Made by a program: the position numbers and the translations under genes
Notes under the pieces: model-generated
The model's database searches: none
Seen by the model: the letters and a program-made list of their open reading frames with translations, nothing else
What the model was told of the DNA's origin: nothing
From: Kondoa subrosea
Lineage: Eukaryota
Length of the DNA: 64,000 nucleotides
NCBI GenBank assembly: GCA_039545335.1
Contig: BCIN01000004.1
Coordinates: 62,001-126,000, forward strand
Reading direction: 5' to 3'
Shown: one piece after another, positions 37,924 through 52,945 of the stretch
How the letters are laid out: every line of letters starts with the position of its first letter
Position numbering within the stretch: the stretch's first letter is position 1

Positions 37924-38812
37924 TCATGTTTGGTCAAGCCATAAATACGAGTCTCTGATACCGGCTAATTGAAGCGACGATCGGTCCAGATGTTGTGCGC
38001 GTGGAATAACACATCCTCGATTTTCGCCGTCCAGTTGTCCGTTCCAACTCGTCTGATCCATGCTAAAAGGCGTCTTTGGCAAATTATGAATGAAGCTTTG
38101 ACGTGGTAATCGGGGACCTTCAACTCTTCTGCCTTCTTTCAAAGCCCCTCTATTCCATTGGCAGAGGTAGTTTGTTTCGGCTTGCATTCCAGCTTCAGCG
38201 GAATCAATTGATCCAAAGGTAGCCCCGCATGAAGTTGCTTCCGACTGCGCGATCCGGTACATTTGGTTTGACCTCATGCGTAGAGATCTATATTGAGTAA
38301 CAGCCGAACTGTATGCCACGTATAATTTGACGGAATGTTGCAAATGCAGGTGAAGAGCGAAGGCGACCGCGCTAATGCTACGAGTGAGAAAGAAAGACAG
38401 AAACATCAGCTTTGCAAATCACGCACTCTGCTGCTGAGGGATTGGTGGAGCGTTGCGCCAGCAACGACCATGTGCCCGAAAACTCTTGATGGCCAGGACG
38501 CAATTCATGTCCCTCCGTGACCATCAGTGCTCTCGATCTTTCCCATGGATGCTCATTCATAAACCTTTGAAGCAAGTAATCTTCAAGCTTCCAAATGATC
38601 GATACCGGCTTGAGACGCATCTTCTCCTTCTTCGTTTTATGTACATTAGGTGATAGTGAGCGGACAGAAGCTTTCTGAGGCTGAAAAGGTTGTGTCCGAG
38701 TCACCGGTGATGGCAACGGATGCTGTAAGAAAGCCACAAGATGATTCGGAGTGCTTTTGTTTAAGCCTGCTTGCAGAAGTTTGCCGCTTTGGCGAGCTAT
38801 GGATTGCGCCAT
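37924..38812 (-). CDS. RSM25: Mitochondrial small-subunit ribosomal protein mS23 (Rsm25)
   Basis: KP-x-x-I...EDYLLQRFMNEHPWE; AYSSAVTQYRSLR...AQSEATSCGATFG. Confidence 0.7.
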
Positions 38813-39378
38813 GCTATGAGCTTGGGCAGAAAGCTACTTGAGTTGCCAGAACTGAATCTTGCCTCTTGGTGGTTTGCAAGGGACAAGGCATAGGTGATTT
38901 GCGACCCAAAATTCATTAATGATAGCCTTTCATAGCCCACGAGGCTGCTCTATGCGCTACCGCTCCTCTGCTAACTACTCTGCTGGATTTCAATAACACT
39001 GTCCTTAGGCAATTCTGTATTTCCCTACCAATTTCAAACCTGCCAAGGCATATTCTTGCGCGCTTCAAAGTCCTTCTTGTCTCGCACGACCATTCCTGCG
39101 GGACTACTCTTCTGCGAGTTGAGACTTGCGCAATCTCATATAGGCTCAGGCCATGGCCTTGCAGATCGATCTACCTTGACTGCTATGCATTTCTTGCCGT
39201 TTCCGAAACAAAAGTTATACCCCACGCAAAAGCTGCATCCGGCTTTGTTTTTGTCTACTCTGGCTGTCAGGCTTATATGGAGTTGCCGTCTGATGACTTG
39301 GTCTGATACGACTACCGTTCCTTTCTTTTTTTTCAATCCATTCTCAAGTTAGACCCATCTCAACCGTCATTTTCTACT

Positions 39379-41224
39379 ATGCATATTGCCAACAAAGGCG
39401 TGTTCTGGACACTTTCCTTATGCGCGATAGAAGCTCTCGCCTCTGGCTTGGTGGGGCGTGCTAGTTGTAAATCTTTCACTCTGATTACTTATGCGCGCTG
39501 ACGCCTTGTCTGTCTGTCATGGTAGCTTTGACATGTGATATTGTCAACGAATTGATTACGGACAGCGACCAATACAACGGCATGAGAGATGCTGCGGTCA
39601 GTACAATGCCCAGCGGCATGTGCCTTTTGACATTGTGTATATTAGAATTTTTGCCGAGTTTACATGGGTATTATTCCCCTCACTACAACATCAACCTCAA
39701 CCTATGTGAGAGCCACCAAATGGACGACTATTGGCGCATTGACCACGACCACCCTGCAAGTCACTCCGTCGCCCAGTACACGTACCATAACGACACGATC
39801 AACAACTCTCAGTACAACTATTCCTGCTTCTCGCCTGGTGACTGCATACGTGACATCCACTGCATACGTCGACCCGGACGGCTCGACAATAGCAATTCAA
39901 AAGCGCGCTGAAACTCCTTCGTTGCGTCCGCGAGCAAGACCTTTGAAAACTCCCAATTTCTTCGCTGGCATGAGTAATGGTGAACTCCGATTTTCGTGTC
40001 GCTGCCTTGTCATTCCCAAGGCTACTGTCACTCGGCGAGTGTCGCAAGCTATCACCGCTACGTCCACACGTGCTCTGGCCCGCAAATTGATTCGCACACA
40101 AACGCTTCCCGTTGTAGTCGCCACGTCCACAGTAACAACTGGTAAGCATAGCTTGTCTGTCCGAAAACAGTACCTGACCTGCTGCAGTTCTGCGGAAGAT
40201 TATAACGGCAGCAGCACCACGAGCTGTTACCACTGTAACGGTGTACGAGAGTGCGCTCATTTGATGATGTGTTTGGAATTTAGCTGAAATGTGCCTTTCC
40301 AGATGTTTACAGCTGTCCACCTCAGCAAAATATGGATTTTATTTGCCCGTAAGACACGTAAACTGGTACTAGGTTCCGAATCTTAGCTGAACTTGTTGGG
40401 TCCAGAGCTGGAACGGCGAGTGACGATGAATCCGACAGTGTAAGTGCTTCAACTTTCCTTCGCAAAGAGAGAAGCAGATAGCTGAAAAGCTCTCTTTTTC
40501 CATGCACAGAACTTCAATACCTGTGGCGTCCAAGGTTTAGATGGTTTCACTGGATCATGCGTCTATTGTTAGTCTTTGCTTTGTCTTTTCTTCGAGAAGC
40601 ACATCCAACGATGACTACGATAGGGCAAGACGACGGAAGTCCGGTCGAGAGTATCTTGAGTGAGTCTCAGTCTTTAACAAACACAATGTATCAACTGATT
40701 TCTTTTGTTTCAGGGCGTGGAGATGGCAGTGGAGACGAGAACAATGACGATCGAAGAAATGCGACTTATGGTGTATGTTTTCCCGTCCCGGGTAGCTCCC
40801 TTACACTTGTCTAATGCTTGTCTTGACAAATAGGATGGTGATGAAGATGATTGTGTAAGTTTGAAGCTTTTACCTCAACCTTTCCTTCTCAAGTCATATT
40901 CCTAAACTATAGCCTGCTACCGCCGATTACACATGCGCACCAGGAGCACCAGCAGGAAAGCGAGATCTCTCAGCCATTTTCAAAAGAGGCACGATTGGTG
41001 CTAAAGTTGAGGATCACAACAAACCCTCAGATGGTCGTCGAGTTGCTAGTCAGTCGCTTTCTGTCTCATTCCTCTCTTTTTTCGATATTGATCTGATGCT
41101 GGTGCGACCAAAAAAAACAGAGAAAGGCAAATTCGTCCCTTATGAAGTTTACCAAGCTCGCAAGAAAGCAGCCAAAGCTTTTAGGCAATCTCAGAAGACG
41201 GCCGCTACTGCTTCGAGTGCTTGA
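39379..41224 (+). CDS. Secreted Thr-rich, Cys-containing protein with dibasic (Kex2-like) sites
   Basis: Signal-peptide-like MHIANKGVFWTLSLCAIEALA; NFCRVYMG...Thr-rich...KR...FSCRCL; many short exons; last exons DYTCAPGAPAGKRDLSAIFKRG...ATASSA*. Confidence 0.6.
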
Positions 41225-41702
41225 GGAAACATCTTTCCAAGTCTCGGACTTTTTCTGTCTCGCTGCTTGTTTTTGGTTTCAAGGGATTTGGTACCGTATC
41301 ATTTGTAAGAAGAAAACAACCACATTCATTTTAGTTCAGCGCTTTCCTTTTTCATACAATCCTTTTTGTGTACATAGAATATAAAGGGTATATATCAGTG
41401 TCGCCATTCTTTTAGAACATAGTCTTTCGCTTCCCCCCAAAAATTGTAGACATTCCTTTTGATCAGATAACAGATATTTCGGTGCTTGTTTGATTTCGAC
41501 TTAAGATTGACGTACAAGCTGCGAATAGATTGAAGCACCAAGTTGAGCAGAAGAAGTATTACCTGATATCTTATGACAATTGGCTTTCTTTAAGGGGTCT
41601 ATATTTGTGAATAGACGTGGTAAGCATTCTTGAAAAGCCTTTAGCTTGCCTAGATTTAGAGCTCACTCCCAATTTACTTTTTGCAGAGCCAGGAAGCCTG
41701 TT

Positions 41703-42900
41703 TCACAAAGCAGGGAAAGCGACTTCATCCTTGACATCTAGGGGTTGTGCAGGCTTATTGGGAATAGTCCGAGTGTTTCTGTTTCCACTACCACCACCAC
41801 CTCTTCTGGAAGGGGTAGAGTACCTTCTATTCTCCTCATAGCTGTCGTCGTCCTGATATTGTTGTCGCCTGGAAGAATTGGACTTGGAGATATCCCAATC
41901 CCCATCTTGTTTCTCTTTATCCCAATCTCTGTTTCCCAATTTTGCCAATTTTCTAGCTGCGTTCTCTTTTCGATCTTGGTTGATTTGATCCTGCATTGCT
42001 TTGTTTTGAGCTTGTTTGCGAGCTAATTCTTTTTGAGCGGCTAATTGAGCTTCTTGTTCTGCTGAAGTGAGGGAAGAATAAGCAGTTTCGTCTGCTAATG
42101 CTGCCTAAGGAACCGAACAAATTCGGAGTCAGTATATAGATGTAAATTCTTGTAGGAAGTAAGGAAAATCACTTCTCTTTGAGCTGTAAGTTGAGCATTG
42201 CGGAGTTTCATGCTTGCCAATTTCTCGCTCAAAGCTTCTTCACTCATCTTCTCCTATAACCGATCATCCAAACTTCAGTGAAAATCTCCAACGAAGCAAA
42301 CACCTCTGCTAACCCTTTTAGGTTCGTCTGATCTGACATAGGGTTCCTTTGAAAACCCTCTCTGTATCAGTATTCCTTTACGTGCATTTCGATCCGAAGA
42401 TATTTGATTCACCTTCTTCTTTCTCTCTTGTTTAACTTCACCCTCTTTGATATCCTCAACAGCTGCTCCTTCCGCTGAATGAACAGGTATCAATATTTTC
42501 TGCTGCTGTTGTTGCTGCTTCTGCTGAGGACCACGTGATTGAGGTGGTAAGTTGAATGGATTGGATGATCCACCACCTCTTCCTCCCCTGCTGCTACCAT
42601 TCTTATTGTTACCTCTGCCTCTTGAAGACGTAGTGTTATTAGTAGAAGAAGAAGAAGGAACGAAAGCTGGTGCGGTTGCAGAGATAGTAGTAGTAGTACT
42701 ACTAGATGGTGGTTGTGTAGCTGCTGAATTATGTACTGCTTCTACTGGCTGATCAGTAGTTGAGGGAAGTCGTTCTGGGGATGTGGGAGGAGATACGGAG
42801 AAGAGATCAATAGAAGAAGCTGTGGTTGCTGTTTGTAGATGTAACAAGTTCAGAGAGTACTGTTGAATAAGACAGACAAGCCAAGTGAGTTACCTTCCAT
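41703..42900 (-). CDS. Hypothetical low-complexity and coiled-coil protein with RGG-like tracts
   Basis: Three-intron model: MEATTASSID..., SRGRG/RGGRGGG, coiled coil, RKENAARKLAKLGNRDWDKEK, C-terminal DEVAFPAL*. Confidence 0.7.
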
Positions 42901-43223
42901 GATGAATCTCAATCAAATGGATCTTTGCGAGATTCCAGCAGAAGGTGGTGACCTGACGTGTTTGAAGACTGCAAGTTACGTATCTCTAGTGTGCGCAGAT
43001 GACCGTGGCTCTCCTTTGAGTCTCTTCACTGTCTTCTCAACGCGCGACAGCAGCCGGCGGCCGGCATTTACCGATGCTTGCAAGGTCATGAGACTCTATC
43101 TCGTGTTGTGGACTACGACTGTAGCCTACAAGTTGTGAGTGTATAGCTATCGCGACCACTGGCGAGTACACGCTCAACCACTGCTTTCCCTTTGTTCTCA
43201 ATCGCAGAATCTCACCTCTCCAG

Positions 43224-43245
43224 CTCTCTCTCTCTCTCTCTCTCT
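43224..43245 (+). repeat. (CT)n microsatellite upstream of SKP1
   Basis: About 11 CT units ending ~20 nt before the ATG; pyrimidine-rich 5' leader. Confidence 0.85.
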
Positions 43246-43266
43246 GTCTCGGTGCAAGCATCACAA

Positions 43267-44151
43267 ATGTCAACTGAAGCTTCTGGATCTGGCTCTGCTG
43301 CCACTGATGACAAGAAGGTCGTCCTCACCACGTAAGCGCTATCCTGCCCATACCAAAAGAAAAAGGAGAGGGTCTGACCATATGTGTCCCTACTACGCTT
43401 GAATAGCTCTGACAATGAGAACTTCACTGTCGAACAGCAAGTCGCTTATCGTTCTGTCTTGATCAAGAACATGGTTGAAGATGTTGGTGAATCTGACAAT
43501 GCTATTCCGTAAGCTTGTTGCTGCGGTTCTCTTTTTTTTAAACTTACAATGATCATTGGAACCGCAGTCTACCCAATGTCACTTCCAACGTTCTGAAGAA
43601 AGTCTTGGAATGGTGCGAACACCACAAGAAAGATCCTGAACCAGCTCCTTCTTCGATCGACGACGTTGACGATTCACGCAAAAAGACGACGGAAATCTCT
43701 GATTGGGATCAGAAATTCATTCAAGTCGATCAAGAAATGCTCTTTGAAATCATCCTTGCTGCTAATTACCTGGACATCAAACCTTTGCTGTGGGTCATTC
43801 CATAAGCTGCGGTGTACGAATACCGATGCTGACCCCATGCCCGTGCATTAGTGATGTTGGATGCAAGACTGTTGCCAACATGATCAAGGGCAAACAACCA
43901 GAGGAAATTCGCAAGCTGTAAGTCGCTATTTTGTCTCCACGCTGCGGTGCTCTTCTAATCATCTCTTTAGTTTCAACATTGTCGTATGTCTCTCGTAATA
44001 TAACGTTCTTTCTCATCTTATATGGTACAAATAGAACGATTTCACTCCTGAAGAAGAGGCTCAGATCAAGAAGGAAAACGTGCGTCTATTGTCGCTTCTG
44101 CTACGGTTCATACTAACCTCGATGTATTAGGAATGGGCTGAGGACCGATAG
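43267..44151 (+). CDS. SKP1: SCF ubiquitin ligase subunit Skp1
   Basis: [70 protein letters not shown]. Confidence 0.97.
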
Positions 44152-44494
44152 AGGCCTTCTCCTCTCGCATATCTTCTTTGCAAGGAGATGTCCTCTGGTT
44201 GTTCGACATGGCTTTTTATGTTTTAGGTTCCCATTTACCTGGGTTTTAGTAGTAGAGCAAATGCAACCTCTTCATTGTAGAATAACACTTGATTCTCTCA
44301 TACACTCTTCTGACTTACTGCTAATTGTGCTTACTCATCGCTTTTGCAAGCAATCGTTGTTTTTATCGATCGTCATCACTTTCTTTCGGACTTCCACTTT
44401 GTGCGCAATTTCGGAAATCTGGCTTCCTCTCTGCTAGCCTGTAGAGCTTCGGTCATCGCTACCACCACTACTAGTGCTGCAGTCAATCGCTTAA

Positions 44495-46552
<2,058 letters not shown>

Positions 46553-46681
46553 AGGGTATATACATAGATTCTGATGCTGTAACGGCGCTTGTAGGAATAC
46601 ACAATGAGTATTGATTTGGAAGTTACTATTGACCCAAATCTGCCATGCGACGCTGCCAAAGGTCAACATAAACGAACAGCA

Positions 46682-48446
46682 ATGGTGTCGGCTGAACACC
46701 CAGTACCAGAATGTAGCTTGTTGCTGATACAATCTAGTGTCCAAAAGCTGACGCGAGTCGATTATCAGGTATTCCTGGCGAGAAAGTATTGGATCCTGAA
46801 CGATTGGAAATCCTGCGCTCTCATCTAGCTAACATTTGTCACCTGCGACCTGGATCTAGTCGTTTCCCTGGTTCTCAACCTGTCAGCTTCACAACCCAGT
46901 CTCTTGCATTGTTGGAACATGAAGAGTGCGTTGAAGGCGAATGACCATAGGGAGCTATGCTGACCAGCGTGGACAGCTTCTGGGTGTGCGAAAAGTCAGA
47001 CGGAGTCCGTGTGCTAGTCTTGATCTTAGCTACAGCTTCAGATCAAGAAGTCTATCTCGTCAGGCATTCCTTACGTGTGGTCGGACGCGTTCTCATCTGT
47101 CCGTTTACTAGGTCGACCGAAAGGACGAGTTCTATCAGAATTGGGGCTTTGCTTTCCCCAAACCAGACAACGAGAATCACATTCTGTTCGATACTGTTCT
47201 CGATGCAGAGCTGGTTATTGATGTCGACAAACGTACCAAACAAGTGGGTCTGATTTTTTTCCACTCTATCTAGTGCTTACGCGATTGCAGCATATTCTGC
47301 GTCTGCACTGTTTCGATCTTCTGGTTTGGTGCGGAGAGAATTTAATGCGGACAAAGACTCTCACTAGTCGTTACGGCGTAGGCGCTCGCTTCTTATCTGA
47401 TCATTCAGACTCACATTATTGCAGCGTCTAGGAGAATGGGTTGTCAAACCGTATCAGAAATTCTTGGCTTCTCGACCAGATGTTGCGGCAAGTCTACCTT
47501 TTGAGTGAGTGTAACGAATTCTCTCATAGCATCTCTCTGATCCTGCCGTGCTTGTAGAATTCGAGTAAAGAGGATGGAAAAAGCATATGGCATTGAAGCT
47601 GTTTTCAAAGATCATCTTCCCTCGCTGGAGCACGGAAGTGACGGCTTGATCTTCACTGCTATCAATGGACCTTATATTCCTGGTACAGACGAGAAGATGT
47701 ACGATTTTTCTTCATCAATACATCGCAAACAGCTGGCTGACAGTGCATATTTTCAGATTGAAGTGGAAACCACCTTACGAAAATTCCATCGACTTCCGAC
47801 TGGAAGTTCGCTTTCCGCCGATACCGGACAAACCTCTTCAGCCTGATTTCACTGCTAAACCTCAGTTGCGCCTTATGATGAATTGCGGACGAGATTATCC
47901 GGAACAGCTCTTCGATTACGTCGATGTTACAGATGAGGAGTGGGAGAAGTGAGTCGCTCCTCAGTTATGCTTAACCCGACCCTGATTGCTGTCTCTTCAG
48001 AATGAGAGATAGTCGAATTCAATATGACGATCGGATAGTCGAATGCGTTTGGAATGCGGAACTTCAGACGTGGAAGATCTTGCGCTTCCGAGACGACAAA
48101 CGCGAAGGAAACTTCAAGGACATTGTTCAGAAGATTCTCATTTCGATTAGAGATGGGGTGGAGCAGGAAACTGTAGGTAGAGCCAGACGTATTTCGAAGC
48201 ATCAGCTAAGTTGTTGCACAGCTCGTTGCTAGAGCTGGTATGATCAAGCATAACTGGAAACAGAGGGAAGCTGCTCAAAGAAGACCTCAAGCTGTTCAAG
48301 GACCCGCATCTGTAAACCAGCCTGAGTATGCCCTTCCACAACCAAAGACATCAGCTGGCTCCAAGTACTACGTACCGCCGTCGGCGCAGGTCTTCTCTAT
48401 CGCTCCGCCTCCCTTTGTGCCAGGTCGAAAAGCGCTCAAGCTATAA
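46682..48446 (+). CDS. CEG1: mRNA capping enzyme, guanylyltransferase subunit
   Basis: RFPGSQPVSF, WVCEKSDGVR (KxDG), HGSDGLIFT, LKWKPPYENSIDF, RIVECVW, RFRDDK; start approximate. Confidence 0.93.
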
Positions 48447-48835
48447 CGAACGGCGATTTTACAATTGTTCTGGTTCTGTTCTAGTCAACATTTGTACCGA
48501 AGTGTCCAAAGTCAGTCGTTGTGCCTACCAATACACAGAAACTTATCAGACTTGATTTTAGGCAATTTGAGCCAGATGTTAAGTTGTTTGACAGCCTTGT
48601 CTCAAAAATGGTGCCGACCCGTCACTGTATGGAAGACAAGTCGCTGCTTCCACGCAGTCTGGCGTTGCTCCGTCCCGGGCTCAAGTAAAGCTTTTGAGAC
48701 TGCTGCAGTCACTTCGGCGGCTCGGCAGCTCCGATCATTGGATCTTTGCACCGTTTAATTGATGTGTTATTGTAATTTCGCTATACATCCGCCTCGCACC
48801 TAAAATAGTCAAATAAATACTGGACGTCCCTCGAC

Positions 48836-50906
48836 TCAGACCAATTCCATATAGCGCTGTATGACAGATCAACTTTCTGCCGGCTTCCAAATGTACAGAC
48901 TTACTTCGTGTTCCCAACTTGTTACAGTTTGAGTGAAAGTATCCCATTCGTGCATTCTTGTAGCGCCGAAATGATCAACGAACTCGTCTCCCATCACAAC
49001 TCTTGCTAAGCTCTCGGGTCGCATCATTCTTTCGGTCGCTTCGAATAAATTCTTCGCCAATCGCTTTGACTTGTTTTCTTCGCTGCCTGATAAGTCGGAT
49101 ACGTTAGCGCGAGGTCCGATCAGATATATGGAAGGCAACTCGCCTTGACTGTTGATGGGAGGAATGTCTAACTCAAGCTTGTTCTTCAGACCATACATAC
49201 CCAAACCAATCAAAGCAGCAAGCGTGAAATGACAGTTCATATCTGCTCCAGGAACTCGCTACCAGAGTCCGACATTAGTGCGTATGCATTAGACTTAAAA
49301 ATGAAGATAACGCACCACTTCGATTCTTGTTGCGGAGGGACTAGCTAGTGGTGGACTGATGATTCTCACGCTCGCTAGTCGAGTCTCATATCCCCATGAT
49401 CTGTAATCAAAGACTATCATCATTTGTTCTACTTACGGGAACACTCGCACCTACACATTGACAGGTGCCCAAAAATTCTCCACTAATCGCTTATAGCTGT
49501 CAATGAGTATCAGCCAATACTCTAACTATAACACAAGAGCAAAACACATACCCATTGATAGTAGGAACAAGGCAAGGCATAACATCCGGTAATCCCAGTA
49601 AGATACCAGCCAAGAAATGCTCCAACTCCTTGCTGACGTGTTTCAGATCTGGCCATTTCGCATCCATTCTTGGAGAAGCTGCAGCGAATATGTTCTTGCC
49701 GTTCGCGTCACGTAACGAAATATGTACATGACCTTGTTGACAATTAGAAGACTTGTATACCGAGTGTGAGCAAGAAAGACATACCACTGCACCCAGGTAG
49801 ACCATTATGAGGCTTAGCCATACTGCAACTGCCATATCAGCGAGACATAGCAGTAAAAGCTGACTAGGCTGACAATGTAGGGATAATGCCATATTGCATG
49901 CCAACGGATTTCGCAGTAAGCTTGAATAGAGTAGTGTTATCTGCCATCTTGCCCGCTTCACAATATCCTAAAGCTGTTTCATATACGCCAGGCCCTGCAT
50001 TAACCGTCAGTGAATGCTCAAGTGCGAATACAGCTATAGACAGCGGACCAGTTTCAGTATGATGCCCTTCTATTTCAATGCCCATCTTCGTGCAAGCGTC
50101 GAAGATACCATGGAAATAGTCTTTATTGAGGTTTGTCCTTAGCATCGAATAACCGTGCATGCCTAAGTTGGGGCATGAGCTTCAGCCATACTCGGCCTAC
50201 TTGAGCAATGAATACTGACCTGGTGTAAGTGCAGTAAGACTCGAATGATCTTTATCGACCAAGCTATGCGGTGTTTCTGTCAAGTATCTTCAGACACATG
50301 AGGTCCAGTGACATCGCCTGAACTAACCCTTAAATTCTGCAGGAGAAGACAGTAAGAGGTAGTTCCACGTGACAGCTAGTGTACTTACGGAAGTATTCCA
50401 ATTCGCTACCGCTATACGCATCTAGCTGATACTCATTCTTCAGTTGGCCTAATATTTTTTCCAGCATAGCTCTTGGACAAGCATATAGCAGTTCCTCTAT
50501 ACAGTCGCATTAAGCGAGTAGGACAGAACATCGAAGTAAGGGTCTAACCTGATTCAGGTTTCAGGAAAGTGACGAGAAACAGAGGAATATTATCTTCAAA
50601 AGGCATTCTCCTGAAGGTGTTCCAATTAATTCTCGCAAGTATATCTCCATAACCGTTAGCCTTGTTTGAGATAGCCAATTCCTTAGGATAAGGTGCGTCA
50701 TGTATGTCCCAGCCAAAAACAACAGAACAGAAGCCAAAGGCAGACGAATCAGACTTGCAGACGCTGAGGAACTTGTTCTTGGACATGATCTTGCCTCTCA
50801 TGACTCCATCCACATCAATACCAGAAACTCGGATCTTGAGATCATCTTTGAGCAATTCCGTCAGTTCATCCACAGTCTTGGGATGATAGAGGTATTCTTC
50901 TGTCAT
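48836..50906 (-). CDS. Type I (bacterial-like) glutamine synthetase-family protein (GlnA-like/FluG-type ligase)
   Basis: GIDVDGVMRGK, GFCSVVFGWDIHD, EGHHTETGPGVYE, GHVHISL, EVRVPGADMN, FVDHFGATRMHEW...RYMELV*. Confidence 0.88.
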
Positions 50907-51050
50907 TGAAATGACTTTGGTAGGTATCGGGCAGGTCGGGAATAGACAGTTTAGTCGCTGAGCAAGAGTAAGCACAAGTTCGCGGGGAATCGGGCAACGC
51001 GCTTTTGAATGTCAATACATTGGTACAATAATGCTACAATTCAGATCTTC

Positions 51051-52256
51051 TTATGCACTTGGTTCCAGTTGTAGCCTCAAAGGCTGTTCGGGAACCAGAT
51101 ATGGTCGAAGTAGTCTTTCATTGATGATTGACGGGTCTGTGTTCCAACTAAAAAGCAACCATTAGATGAGTACAACCTCAGAAAGATAAAGTACTTACTC
51201 CATGATGACTATTCCCGCTCGAGTGTTCCTGCTTATCGCTGATTGATCTAGGAAAGTCGCTAATTGACTATGCAGACCTTCTGATGGCCAAATCCCGTCA
51301 GTGTAGTCCTGTTGCGCACTTGTAAGTATAACCCTGCTCAGATAGAGGTAGAGACGGACTAGACTGGAGTATTTGGTATTGCCGTTCATTGACGCGTATG
51401 TGAGGAAGAGTTCTGCACTGTCTTGACTCGTGAAGCTTTCCCGCAGATTCTTGGTAATTGCCTGTGAGACACAGTCAGCAAATTTAAATTTACTAGCGAG
51501 CTTATCTCTTTACTGACAGCAAGTTTGGTGCTGACCATGTCTTCATACGAAGCCGACGGAACTTTCTCTGTAACGAAGATCAGCTGACATACCTGCACCT
51601 AGATTACGCGACACGTACGTAGATCTTCTACCATATAACTCCCTTGGGAATGTGTCCCCTCCGTAGACTCGGTATTCTTTTGCCAAGCAATATAAGGAGA
51701 AACGCCGTCCATCTCGTCCAAACCAGTGATGAGCCAGATCTTGCCTCTCAGATCCTTCAATTTAGGTACTCCATCCAACCAGTCGTCTGCATAGACGACA
51801 TCTCGATATCGATAGAGGAATTCGATCAAATCGTCCGCTATGGGCTCGTCTGATCTGACGATGAAGAGTAGAGATTCTGTTGGATGTATCTGAAGGAACT
51901 GAAGTGATTTATCGAAGACTGTTGAAAGGGTAATTATTGAGTCTTCAGAAACTTCATCTGTTAAAATCGATATCCATTGGAGGTCAATTCCATCTTCGAT
52001 ATTGCAGACAGATGAGCTAACCTTGATTAAGATGAAAGTCTGTTCCGTATTGTGATAATCGTACATCAATAGCTCTTGCACCTTGTTGCAGCGCGGTATA
52101 CATTGCAGCGGGAGAATGAACGGAATAGATTCCAGGTATGGATAGTTGCGTGACGAGTGTGTGACTTGGGACTTGGGACATCCAGGAGGAAAGTAACGCG
52201 TTATTTGCAGATGCCAATTGTGCTAGAGCGAGCGAACAGAATAATGGTAGAAACAT
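51051..52256 (-). CDS. Secreted PI-PLC X-domain-like protein, catalytic histidines apparently lost
   Basis: Signal peptide; SWMSQVP...QLSIPG; LQQGARAIDVRL; FLQIHPTESL; PKLKDLRGKIWLI; GIVIMD. Confidence 0.72.
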
Positions 52257-52945
52257 GTGTGAGCGCAAATGAATGTTAAAAGAGTGTGAGGGTGGAAATG
52301 AGAGTGTGTGTTTTGTGATGAGCGTGAGATAGAATGGGAAAAGAAAGAGGAAGTATTATTATGCAGATCCGCATCTGGATTGTCATTAACCGTTGCAACT
52401 GCCAGTAAATGAAACGACCGCGCACAAAAGAGAGATCTTGTCCAGCAAGAGCGATCATGACAGAACAGACAGAAAATACGATCTTATCGTACGGAAAGCA
52501 GATCCAGTCTGCGCGTGTTCGACTTTTGGCATTGGCCAGTTGCAGTGAGACCTCCGAACGACAAGTTTCACAGTAGTAGCTTTATCGACAGACGACTCTT
52601 GACCAGCGCGGAAGCAGCAAAGACGTCAAATAAAGCCTTACTTACATGGCTGCATTGTGATAAACTGTTGTCCAGATTGGACTTGTGTACTATTTGCGGC
52701 TTCTCAATGTTGAGCGGGTAGCCCTCAGTGTATCTGCATTATCCAGTGTGCAATTATCAGGGATCACAGCTTCTCACAGTGTCGAAACATATCCCCTTCG
52801 TTATTACGCACAATCCCCATCTTGGCGTCTGACCGTCATGCATCGTGACAGCTTTGGACTCGTGCTCGCACCCTCTTCTCCTGTTGCAGCCCAACTCGCT
52901 TTTGTACTACCTTGGTTTGCATAACTTCAGTGCAAAAACGCATCA

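Noticed and set aside
42500..42720. Short trinucleotide runs (CAG/CAA, TAG, GAA)
   Set aside because: They encode poly-Q/T/S low-complexity tracts within the 41703-42900 CDS; not an independent repeat system
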